Position numbers and translations under genes: made by a program. The notes under the pieces were generated by a model, which was given only the letters and a program-made list of their open reading frames with translations, was not told where the DNA came from and searched no databases. Shown piece after piece: positions 1 to 7,912 of a DNA stretch of 20,000 bases. Source of the stretch: an uncultured virus (IMG/VR IMGVR_UViG_3300028840_007214) (lineage: Duplodnaviria > Heunggongvirae > Uroviricota > Caudoviricetes); the IMG/VR virus record IMGVR_UViG_3300028840_007214; one strand, 5' to 3'. Within the stretch, counting starts at the first letter, position 1; each line of letters starts with the position of its first letter.

Positions 1-7
1 GAGAAAA

Positions 8-511
8 GTGGCAAATACGAAACTAGAACTACGAGAAGAAGATGAGGTTTCTTCTTGGTCATATGATGCTAGATTTGAACCGACCGAGAATGTAGATCTT
101 CCTTCGATTGATGATTATGAAGATTTTGATCTGATTTCGGCTTATGATTTTGAATATTGGCGTAGAAATCCATGGGGTTATATCGATAAGGCTTATCTTT
201 GTGAGACAGATTTCAAGCGAATTGTTTCGAAAGCTTTAGATTTAAGAGATGAAGAGACTTATTCTTGTAACCCAGATGCTGCTAACTCATCTGCACTTGA
301 ATTAGCAATCTGGAGTATGGATGATGCCGCTTATCAATCAAAGATCCATCCAAATGTTTTCAAAGAGATGCTTGTAGCAATGGAAGATCCAAAATTTAAG
401 AAAGTTTCAAAAGAGCTACAAGCACGTGATCTTAATAAACTTTATGCAGTTGAGAAACTGCTTAAATTAGCTCAAGAATTAAAAGACCTTTCTTTTGAGG
501 AGATCTCGTAA
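8..511 (+). CDS. Hypothetical protein, acidic N-terminus; true start may lie upstream of the window
   Basis: 167-aa ORF with GTG start at the window edge; stop is 1 nt before the next start at 513. Confidence 0.7.
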   Translation: MANTKLELREEDEVSSWSYDARFEPTENVDLPSIDDYEDFDLISAYDFEYWRRNPWGYIDKAYLCETDFKRIVSKALDLRDEETYSCNPDAANSSALELAIWSMDDAAYQSKIHPNVFKEMLVAMEDPKFKKVSKELQARDLNKLYAVEKLLKLAQELKDLSFEEIS

Positions 512-512
512 G

Positions 513-1016
513 ATGAATAAGGCTACAGCTGAGAGGATGATGACACGGCTGATGCGGATTGCCGGTGAGGTACACAAAGAGAATCCAGACCTCGCGAAGC
601 GTATCAAGAGAGTTGCCGAATGGTTAGAAGGGGATGCTGACGAATCGCGCTTCATGAAGAACTTTGACTTCGATGGCACCTATGAAGGTGATGCTGATGA
701 AAGTCGTTACATGAAGATGTACGATGATGTCAAAGATCTTCCTGCTCGGGATTCTGAGGTGCAGAAGAGAGTTGAGCCTCCCGTCAAGGATTTGAACACT
801 GACAAAAAGTGGAAGAATCCACATGAGGGGCAGGGTCCAGTTGATTATCACTGGGCTAAGGCACTTAAAGTCGCCTCGGCGCGCCTTGACAATCTTGCTG
901 AGCAGGTCGAACCGCATGATGCAGATCTTGCTCTCCGCATTGATCAGATTTCAGATGCGATTGATGTCGAGCGTGAGCGTGTAGCAGCCGCCTTAAAAGA
1001 AAAAGAAGAAAAGTAA
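513..1016 (+). CDS. Putative virion head/internal protein with internal repeats
   Basis: ATG 513 follows GAGGAG at 497-502 (preferred over TTG 495). Duplicated EGDADESR(F/Y)MK and two similar helical segments; lies upstream of the head genes. Confidence 0.7.
   Translation: MNKATAERMMTRLMRIAGEVHKENPDLAKRIKRVAEWLEGDADESRFMKNFDFDGTYEGDADESRYMKMYDDVKDLPARDSEVQKRVEPPVKDLNTDKKWKNPHEGQGPVDYHWAKALKVASARLDNLAEQVEPHDADLALRIDQISDAIDVERERVAAALKEKEEK
627..716 (+). repeat. Degenerate coding direct repeat with 57-nt period (EGDADESR[F/Y]MK x2)
   Basis: gaaggggatgctgacgaatcgcgcttcatgaag at 627-659 vs gaaggtgatgctgatgaaagtcgttacatgaag at 684-716; differences are mostly synonymous. Confidence 0.85.
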
Positions 1017-1062
1017 GCGTTGCTTGCCTTTACAAGTAACGTTGGCGGTGGAGACTAAGTAT

Positions 1063-2640
1063 ATGCCCTATCCTAACGAACACGCAGCTCGGCTAAAAGA
1101 ACCAGATCAATACGAAGACTGGGCGCGACAAAACGATCGCTTCGGCAAAGGTGTTGACGCAATCTGGGGAATCAAGCGAGGCAAACCTCAATTACAAGCT
1201 CTGAGATTCGATAAAGAGACTTTTACCGCAGCCGAAGCAAAGAAATGGCTCAAATCGCACAATTACGATCCGATCTTGTTCGAAGCTGCTGAAGGTGAAG
1301 AGAAATCGAAGAAGAAAAAGAAGACCAAGAAAAAGAAGTCTGCAGGCGCACTCTACCCATCTCTTGTCGCTCCTGAAGACTTCAGGCCTGGAGATGTTGT
1401 TCGAAAGATCTTTGGTGATTTCAGAGTAACTGAATACACCGGAATCATTCTTGCAGTACATCCAACTACGCAGACGGTTGATGTTAGATGGCCGTATGGG
1501 ATAGGGTTCGAAAATCCGCAAGATCTTGTTCGAGTAAATCCATTCTTTGAGCCCCCGACAGTTGTGATTGACGGTGAGGGCTATTACACGACTTGGGATG
1601 CTGAAAGGTGGAACAGCAAGACAGATGTTCCGTCAAAGGGAGTGTCAGGAAGATCTCCTCTTTATCATGATACCCGAGATATAATTGATGATATAATTAA
1701 GAACGCAGCCACCACGACTAATGCTCTGCCCTCATACACCTTTACATCTAATGTGGATAACAACACAATTTATGTAAACAGTGCAGGCAGTGTAACATTA
1801 ACTGAAGGGTCTTATACTTCTGTGGATAATGCAATTGAAGTAACTTTAGATAATGAAATACCGGATGAACTTAAAGCTGCTCGAATTGCTGATCGTTATG
1901 TTCGAAGAGCATTTAACGTTTTGTTAAGAGCCGCTTCACATCCATATAATGCTGGCTTAAATGACTTACAGACATATAGTTTACTTTACAGGAAGTTCGG
2001 CCAGCACTATTCAGAACCCTCAATCCGCAAAGTAGTCTCTTATCTGTATGGTGAACCTCATACATATGCAGTTGAAGATTTTGATCGCGTAATTCAAGCA
2101 GCAGTCGTCGCGGCTCAAGAAAAGGATAAGAAATTATTAAAAGAAATGTTCTTGGCCGTTGTAGGCGCAACGCAAGGGGATACAGGTAAAAGCCTAAATG
2201 ATCTACTTGACTTTTCAATCGAAACTCCGCATGCTAAAGAGATTTACAATAATTTTAGGCATGCCGTGCGTAGAGGCGGGGGCAGGTTAGATCTTTTACC
2301 AACACCTAGTGCAAGATTTGCTTCTCAAGAGAAGCAAAGTGATGAGGTAACAAATCTCGACAATATGCAATGGACCGTAATTACTTTACCAGCTTTGAGT
2401 GAACAAGCCTTCCAGCAGCTCTTTGATGTTGAAGAGGATTTAGTTAATATCGCTGAGATGTCCGAAACACCTTTCACTGAAGCTGCGCAAAAGTTGAGTC
2501 CTGAAATTGCAAAGCTTTGGGCGGATCTTACATATCTAGAAGATAAGACAGCTGTCGAGTTTAATCAACCTCTAAAAGATCTGGCGGGTAGCGGTAAAAT
2601 TCGCGAAGCTTTTAATCAACTTAAAGCTCTCAAGAGTTAG
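1063..2640 (+). CDS. Multidomain putative head-associated protein: N-terminal PYPNEH domain, poly-Lys linker, SH3/KOW-like barrel, helical C-terminus
   Basis: ATG 1063 after GGAG near 1050. MPYPNEHAARL...QALRFDK..FT..EAKKWL resembles a small domain I recall from phage head-module proteins; FRPGDVVRK...YTGIILAV...VDVRW is SH3-like. Confidence 0.7.
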   Translation: MPYPNEHAARLKEPDQYEDWARQNDRFGKGVDAIWGIKRGKPQLQALRFDKETFTAAEAKKWLKSHNYDPILFEAAEGEEKSKKKKKTKKKKSAGALYPSLVAPEDFRPGDVVRKIFGDFRVTEYTGIILAVHPTTQTVDVRWPYGIGFENPQDLVRVNPFFEPPTVVIDGEGYYTTWDAERWNSKTDVPSKGVSGRSPLYHDTRDIIDDIIKNAATTTNALPSYTFTSNVDNNTIYVNSAGSVTLTEGSYTSVDNAIEVTLDNEIPDELKAARIADRYVRRAFNVLLRAASHPYNAGLNDLQTYSLLYRKFGQHYSEPSIRKVVSYLYGEPHTYAVEDFDRVIQAAVVAAQEKDKKLLKEMFLAVVGATQGDTGKSLNDLLDFSIETPHAKEIYNNFRHAVRRGGGRLDLLPTPSARFASQEKQSDEVTNLDNMQWTVITLPALSEQAFQQLFDVEEDLVNIAEMSETPFTEAAQKLSPEIAKLWADLTYLEDKTAVEFNQPLKDLAGSGKIREAFNQLKALKS

Positions 2641-2642
2641 AT

Positions 2643-2924
2643 ATGAGCTGCATTCTAGGAAGAGAATTTAATTTTAAATCAACAGTTGAGGGTGAAGTCT
2701 ATACTTTCGTAGTTGTATGGCAAGAAGTCGAAGACAAAGTGTATGTAAAGAGTATTGAGACACCTCGAGGCCATGCTGGATTTGCTATACCTATTCCAGA
2801 GCAAGTCGTGAAAGATATGTATATCGCCACTCAAATGGTTAGAGCAGATACTTTTGCTGATCACTACACTGGAGTACCTCAGATAACAGGGCATGGTGGA
2901 TCAGGATTTATCTGTATGAGTTAA
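2643..2924 (+). CDS. Hypothetical protein (93 aa)
   Basis: ATG 2 nt after the upstream stop; tightly packed in the operon. Confidence 0.7.
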   Translation: MSCILGREFNFKSTVEGEVYTFVVVWQEVEDKVYVKSIETPRGHAGFAIPIPEQVVKDMYIATQMVRADTFADHYTGVPQITGHGGSGFICMS

Positions 2925-2934
2925 AAGGTACGTT

Positions 2935-3537
2935 ATGGGCAATTTGCATATTAGTTTAGGTGAAAATGTTCAAGATCTTATAGAGCTTTATTGGGAAGCC
3001 GGTGATAGCACTATAGATCACTTTAAAGTATACCATTCTGTCGCTGTTGGTGGTCCTTTTACTTTATGGGATCCGCATATACCTAATTATCCTTCTCGTT
3101 GGGTTCAGCGGATGGCCGTCGCATTTAATGTGTCGCGAGTAGCCCTTGGTATTAATCAGAATGTGCCCCATCACTTTAGAATTACTGAAGTTGATAAGGC
3201 AGGAGTCGAAAGCCTTTTAGCTAACTCACCAACGCGTGCTGTGCCGGCTCCTGGGTCTCCTCGATTTCAGTTTGATGCTAATATTACCGTAGCTGCCTAT
3301 CCGACTAATCCTCAGTTTAATTTTGGTTTTTCAGCCACCTCTTTCTTGATTGTCAATAAAGGGGGTGGGGGCGAAATCGAATATAGCTTTGACGGTGTAG
3401 CAACTCATGGTAAACTTGGAACTGCGGGTGCACCAGATAATGGTAAGGTATTTGACTTTAGAAGAGCGCGAAAAATTTGGTGTAAGCATACAGGATCGGC
3501 GCAAATGGTAAGAGTTGAGGCTTGGGTAAATCGTTAA
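2935..3537 (+). CDS. Putative virion structural protein: fibronectin type III-like domain plus beta-sandwich C-terminus
   Basis: LYWEA...DHFKVYHS...FRITEVDKAGVES follows the FN3 pattern; beta-rich C-terminus; AAGG before ATG. Confidence 0.65.
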   Translation: MGNLHISLGENVQDLIELYWEAGDSTIDHFKVYHSVAVGGPFTLWDPHIPNYPSRWVQRMAVAFNVSRVALGINQNVPHHFRITEVDKAGVESLLANSPTRAVPAPGSPRFQFDANITVAAYPTNPQFNFGFSATSFLIVNKGGGGEIEYSFDGVATHGKLGTAGAPDNGKVFDFRRARKIWCKHTGSAQMVRVEAWVNR

Positions 3538-3564
3538 ATAAAGCTTTTAAGCTAAATTAGATCT

Positions 3565-3588
3565 GCGCGGTTATATCCGCGCTTTTTT
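3565..3588 (+). terminator. Rho-independent terminator
   Basis: GCGCGG-ttatat-CCGCGC followed by TTTTTT, 28 nt after the stop at 3537. Confidence 0.8.
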
Positions 3589-3602
3589 AGTGTAAGAATT
3601 AG

Positions 3603-4631
3603 ATGATCAAATCTATTATCTTTTTAAAGAAAGGTATTAATGCTTGCACACATTACCGTGTTGATATACCTGCTAAATTTTTAACTCAGCTTAACTTTAA
3701 TGTAAGAATAAAAGAAACTATTCAAGCAGAGGATTTAAATGATATAGATAAGACTATATTTGTTTTTGGGCGCGCTGCTTCATATGATGAGTTAAATCTT
3801 TTCAGAGAAATCAAACATAGGGGAGCTACTGTAGTTTATGAATTAGATGATAATCTCTTAGACTTGCCTTCAGGTAACCCTGCAACTATTTTCTATCTAA
3901 GCAAACAAGGATATATTAGATCTTTTATCCGTGAAGCTAATCATGTTATTGTCACAAATGAAGCGCTTAAGAAAGTCTTGCAGAACTATAATCGGCAGAT
4001 CTCGTGTGTCGATAATTATCTAGATCTTGACTATGCGCGTATTGAATGCTCACCTAATCTTTTTGATAAACATTCAAAAAGATTAGATGCTTCTATCTTT
4101 GACGGGCGTTTTGTTATACTTTGGGCTGGAAGTATAACGCATAGAGATGACTTAAGAGTTTTGAGTAAACCGCTTTTAGCCTTTTTGCATAAATATCCAG
4201 AAGCTTTGCTAGTCGCTGTTCACTCATTAAACAAAGAGTTGCTTGTGCATATCTCGAATGAGCAGCTTTGTTTAGTCTCTGCTGTGCCCCCTACGCAATA
4301 CCTTAATTTACTTTCGAAGTTGTCTGCAGATGTCGGATTAGCTCCTTTATGCAGGCATCCTTTTAATGAGTGTAAGAGTAGACTTCGAGTTATTGAGTAT
4401 ATGGCTTCAAGCATCATCCCCCTTGCAAGCAATTTAGGACCGTATAGAGAAATTCTAGAAGGGACACCTTTTGCTGACTTGCTTTGTTCGGTGGGCTGGT
4501 ACGAAAAGTTAGAGTGGTTAAAGAATGAAGTAAACCTAGAAGTTCTAAAAGAGCATTTGTCTCAGTTTTGCCGAGAACGTTTTATTATTCAGAACTCTAA
4601 CTGGGCAGATGTCTTTATAAATCTCACCTAA
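3603..4631 (+). CDS. GT-B fold glycosyltransferase (GT4-like)
   Basis: Motifs YRVDIP, VVYELDDNL, ILWAGSITHRDDL and ADVGLAPL..HPFNECKS.LRVIEYMAS.IIPLASNLGPY are typical of phage GT-B enzymes. Confidence 0.85.
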   Translation: MIKSIIFLKKGINACTHYRVDIPAKFLTQLNFNVRIKETIQAEDLNDIDKTIFVFGRAASYDELNLFREIKHRGATVVYELDDNLLDLPSGNPATIFYLSKQGYIRSFIREANHVIVTNEALKKVLQNYNRQISCVDNYLDLDYARIECSPNLFDKHSKRLDASIFDGRFVILWAGSITHRDDLRVLSKPLLAFLHKYPEALLVAVHSLNKELLVHISNEQLCLVSAVPPTQYLNLLSKLSADVGLAPLCRHPFNECKSRLRVIEYMASSIIPLASNLGPYREILEGTPFADLLCSVGWYEKLEWLKNEVNLEVLKEHLSQFCRERFIIQNSNWADVFINLT

Positions 4632-4635
4632 AGAC

Positions 4636-4650
4636 AATAATCCATTAATA
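4636..4650 (+). promoter_or_regulatory. Candidate late promoter motif AATAATCCATTAATA, copy 1
   Basis: Exact 15-nt match to 6355-6369; intergenic, upstream of the prohead protease. Confidence 0.6.
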
Positions 4651-4706
4651 TTTTCTAAGTTTAAATTGATTCTACTGTGTCCATTGAATTTGTTCAAGAG
4701 GATGAG

Positions 4707-6356
4707 ATGGCATTTTTAAAAGTCGCAAACGCGGTTGTTGTACGTAACTTAAAAGACTGGGAAGAATGGGGTGGTGAGTCTTTATTTCATACAAAGACTG
4801 CTCAAAAAGAGATTGTCTCAAAATATGAACCAGACAAATATCTTTTAACACATTGCACAATTATCGCTAGTGTAGATGTTGAAAAGGATAACCCTCATTT
4901 TATCACTCCCGAAACTACACGTTTTGTGAACAACAATTATGACGCTTGGGAAAGAGATCTGCTCTTAGGTTGCTATAAAACATTCATTGGTGCAAACAAT
5001 TATGTAGAGCATGTGCAGGTTGAAGATTTAGCAAAAGGCAAAGTGATTGATGCTGTTGCGCGAGAAGTTATCTTTCCTTCAAAGACTGCAAACGAGCGTG
5101 AGGCAAAATCGATCTATGTTGACATTTTAGTCGCCACTGATCGAAAACATAAAAAACTTGTTAAAGATATCGAAGAAGAAAGAACAAATAAACTTTCAAT
5201 GGGTTGTGCTGTTGCCTTTACGATTTGTTCTAAATGTGGTAATAAGGCAGAAGATACAGTACAGCTGTGCCGGCATATTAAATATGAAAAGGGAAATAAG
5301 TTTTTAGATGATAGCGGGGTTGAGCGCATTGTTGCTGAACTTTGTGGTCATAAAGATGATCCTGAAAGTGTAAAGTTTATTGATGCAAGTTGGGTGGAGA
5401 ATCCAGCTTTTACAGGCGCCGTTCTAAATAAGATCTTAATACCTGAAGGTGATAGTTCTGTACAAGCAAAATTAAAGTCTGCTTTTGAGGTGGGCGCAAT
5501 TACAGGTATTGAGTCATTACATCTCAAGAAAGTTGCCGGTACTAACTTTTATAAGGTCGCACAACCTGAAGATGAACCAGAGCCTGAGCTTGAAGAGGCG
5601 GCACCTGAAGAAGAGGTCGCACCTGAAGAAGAGGTCGCACCTGAAGAGCTTGCACCTGAAGAAGAAGCAATAGAAGAAGTTGAAACACCTGATGAGCTAA
5701 CTGAGATTTCGGATGAGATGACCTTTGGTGAAGTCAAAGATATTATCAAAAAGAAGTTAAAAGAAAAAGCCAAGCATGAAATTAAAGAAGAGCTTCTTAG
5801 AGAGCTTGAAGAAGAGTTTTCAGAAAGTGAACGCTCCGAAGAATATTTTGAAGAAGAAGGGCACACACGAGATACATTAGTTTCTTCTTCAGAGCTAAAT
5901 ACTGTTAAACAAGGCATTCATTATGATGAGAAAATGCCTTTCGATCAATTAGGCTACATTACTGCCAAGACACGTGAAGAAGCGATCAGTAAATTGTCTA
6001 CAGTACCCCGCAAAAAGTTTGCTGATTTGTTTTCTAAGTATTTTAGAAGCAGAGAAGGTGCTGAAGATATACACACTGCTATAAAGATTTTAGCACTTGC
6101 TTCACCGAATTCCTGGGAACGTTTAGCAAAGTCGAAAATTTCGGGTAAAGGTGCTGTTCTTCTATCTGCTTTCCTTGATTCTCTAATTAAAGCGAATTAC
6201 GATCAGCGAATTTATATGGCTGCTTTAAATTCTAGTAAGTTTAAGCATAGAGATACATTTAAAGCATATTTAAAACGTCTTTTCGGTCGCGAGCTCGAAG
6301 CAACTGAACTAAAGAAGGTTGTTCAAGAAGTGGAACGATTCAATCTTTTTAGTTAA
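4707..6356 (+). CDS. Putative prohead (capsid maturation) serine protease with CxxC...CxH insertion and acidic C-terminal extension
   Basis: ATG 4707 after GAGGA (in frame with the listed GTG 4677). NNNYDAW, YVEH, LSMG and FIDASWVENPA match the HK97/herpes-type protease motif order; sits directly before scaffold and capsid genes. Confidence 0.75.
   Translation: MAFLKVANAVVVRNLKDWEEWGGESLFHTKTAQKEIVSKYEPDKYLLTHCTIIASVDVEKDNPHFITPETTRFVNNNYDAWERDLLLGCYKTFIGANNYVEHVQVEDLAKGKVIDAVAREVIFPSKTANEREAKSIYVDILVATDRKHKKLVKDIEEERTNKLSMGCAVAFTICSKCGNKAEDTVQLCRHIKYEKGNKFLDDSGVERIVAELCGHKDDPESVKFIDASWVENPAFTGAVLNKILIPEGDSSVQAKLKSAFEVGAITGIESLHLKKVAGTNFYKVAQPEDEPEPELEEAAPEEEVAPEEEVAPEELAPEEEAIEEVETPDELTEISDEMTFGEVKDIIKKKLKEKAKHEIKEELLRELEEEFSESERSEEYFEEEGHTRDTLVSSSELNTVKQGIHYDEKMPFDQLGYITAKTREEAISKLSTVPRKKFADLFSKYFRSREGAEDIHTAIKILALASPNSWERLAKSKISGKGAVLLSAFLDSLIKANYDQRIYMAALNSSKFKHRDTFKAYLKRLFGRELEATELKKVVQEVERFNLFS
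5601..5665 (+). repeat. Coding tandem repeat gcacctgaagaagaggtc (APEEEV): two exact 18-nt copies plus two degenerate copies
   Basis: Copies start at 5601, 5619, 5637 and 5652. Confidence 0.9.
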
Positions 6357-6369
6357 TAATCCATTAATA
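6355..6369 (+). promoter_or_regulatory. Candidate late promoter motif AATAATCCATTAATA, copy 2
   Basis: Exact match to 4636-4650; upstream of the scaffold-decoration-capsid genes. Confidence 0.6.
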
Positions 6370-6393
6370 GTCGAGAACATGATGATTGGTAAC

Positions 6394-6420
6394 GAAATAT
6401 TATTTCAAAAGTAATATTTC
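6394..6420 (+). promoter_or_regulatory. AT-rich inverted repeat in the scaffold leader
   Basis: GAAATATTATTT-caa-AAGTAATATTTC: 12-bp arms with one T-G wobble. Confidence 0.5.
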
Positions 6421-6474
6421 ACTAATTTCGAAAAGTTCATTAATTAAGAGATCATCTTATAGAGGAGTTTAACT

Positions 6475-7248
6475 ATGCGCAAGCGACTTACTCAAAGGAA
6501 AAAAGAAGCAGATCAGAAAAAGACTGCTGAACTAACTGATCCGAATCAGTTAGGGAGAGAGGATCGCGTGAATCCGCCCTTGTCCAAGTATGAAACTCAC
6601 AAGTTTGTTGAGAATCATCCTCTTCCAGATCTGAAACATGATTGGCAGAAGGACAAGAGGAATGAAGTGGGCCTTCCAGCACCTATGAAAGAGGCTGCTG
6701 TGCGCCAAGCTCGTCAAGAGCGTGATAGGCTAGAAAAAGAAACTAAGAAGAAGGCTGAAGCTTGCCTCAAGATTGCTGAGATGATCCTGCCAGAAGGTGA
6801 TGTGAATGTTCAAGAAGATCAGGCAGTTGATCTTATGGATCTTCCGACTGATGCTATTGTCAACACATTGCGCAGAAAGTATGAACTCCTCGAAAATATA
6901 GAAGCAGCCGCCAAGGAAGCAACCGAAGACAAGGAAGCAACCGAGGAGCAGACAGAAGAGACAAAAGAAGCTTTCGGTGAAGAAGCTACAGATGCTGAGC
7001 TGAAAGAAGAAGAGACGAAGGAAGTCGAAGCAGAAGAGAAGTGTGCAGAAGAAGATGAGATTGAGATGTCGGCTGCAGAAGAAGATGAGATCTTAGATCG
7101 TATCTTCACAAAAGAGACTTCCGAGAAGAAAGAAGTAAAGAAGGAAGGCGCAAAGAAGCTTGGAAATGTGAAGAAAGCGAGCGTCGATAATGATCTTTCA
7201 AAGCTTTGGAAGTCAGATCCTGACGTATCCAACGCTTTCGGAATTTAG
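6475..7248 (+). CDS. Putative capsid scaffolding protein
   Basis: GAGGAG RBS; very Glu/Lys-rich and helical; located between protease and capsid genes; short hydrophobic C-terminal tip (LSKLW..DPDVSNAF). Confidence 0.7.
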   Translation: MRKRLTQRKKEADQKKTAELTDPNQLGREDRVNPPLSKYETHKFVENHPLPDLKHDWQKDKRNEVGLPAPMKEAAVRQARQERDRLEKETKKKAEACLKIAEMILPEGDVNVQEDQAVDLMDLPTDAIVNTLRRKYELLENIEAAAKEATEDKEATEEQTEETKEAFGEEATDAELKEEETKEVEAEEKCAEEDEIEMSAAEEDEILDRIFTKETSEKKEVKKEGAKKLGNVKKASVDNDLSKLWKSDPDVSNAFGI

Positions 7249-7292
7249 TTAGATACTTGTAGTTCTTTGGTAGAAGCATTCGGGAGGTGATC

Positions 7293-7901
7293 ATGACGGT
7301 CAGTATTCAGGGTGCTGATTACGGGCTTAGAATCCTGTACATCGGCCACCGGAACACCCTCGGCTTCTTGGACGCGAATGGCTTTTCTAAAGTCAATTTC
7401 GTGGCTGGGACTACAATCAACTCCACTCTTTCGACCTCAACTCCCAAGGGCGTGCTCGCGGGTAGTGTTGCGGTTGTGAAGGGTTCGGATTTGATTGGAA
7501 ATCCCACTCCGGCAGCTTCACCGGAGCCAGCTGAGCAGCCGCTGGGATTGTTCATCAACGACGCAGCTGGATACGCATTCCAGTCCACATCAGCTGCGGC
7601 ATCAGGCAGGGCGCCTTACGTGGACAGCATGGGTACACATGAGGTAAGGTACTACGAGACCAACGAGCGGGATCAGTACGGTGTGCACACGGCTACGTTG
7701 CTCACTTACACCGCAGGCGATCCGCTGTATTGTGACAGCAGATCGGGTCTTTTGACAAACGTAGCACCAGATGATCTTTCAACGGCGCCTCCTACGGTGA
7801 CCAATGGGATCATTGCAGTGGCTTGGAATTGTCCGATCGCGATTCTGACTCGGCCGCCAACCACAGCTGACACCTCGATGAGAATCGCTTTAAGAGTCTA
7901 A
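7293..7901 (+). CDS. Putative capsid decoration/cement protein
   Basis: GGAGGTGA RBS favours ATG 7293. Ala/Thr/Gly/Pro-rich beta-type protein (PLGLFINDAAG; YTAGDPLYC...GLLTN) immediately upstream of the capsid gene. Confidence 0.65.
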   Translation: MTVSIQGADYGLRILYIGHRNTLGFLDANGFSKVNFVAGTTINSTLSTSTPKGVLAGSVAVVKGSDLIGNPTPAASPEPAEQPLGLFINDAAGYAFQSTSAAASGRAPYVDSMGTHEVRYYETNERDQYGVHTATLLTYTAGDPLYCDSRSGLLTNVAPDDLSTAPPTVTNGIIAVAWNCPIAILTRPPTTADTSMRIALRV

Positions 7902-7912
7902 GGAGGACTAAA

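Noticed and set aside
5601..5665. CRISPR-like or iteron repeat
   Set aside because: Contiguous in-frame coding repeats without spacers; no CRISPR array or cas gene seen in the window.
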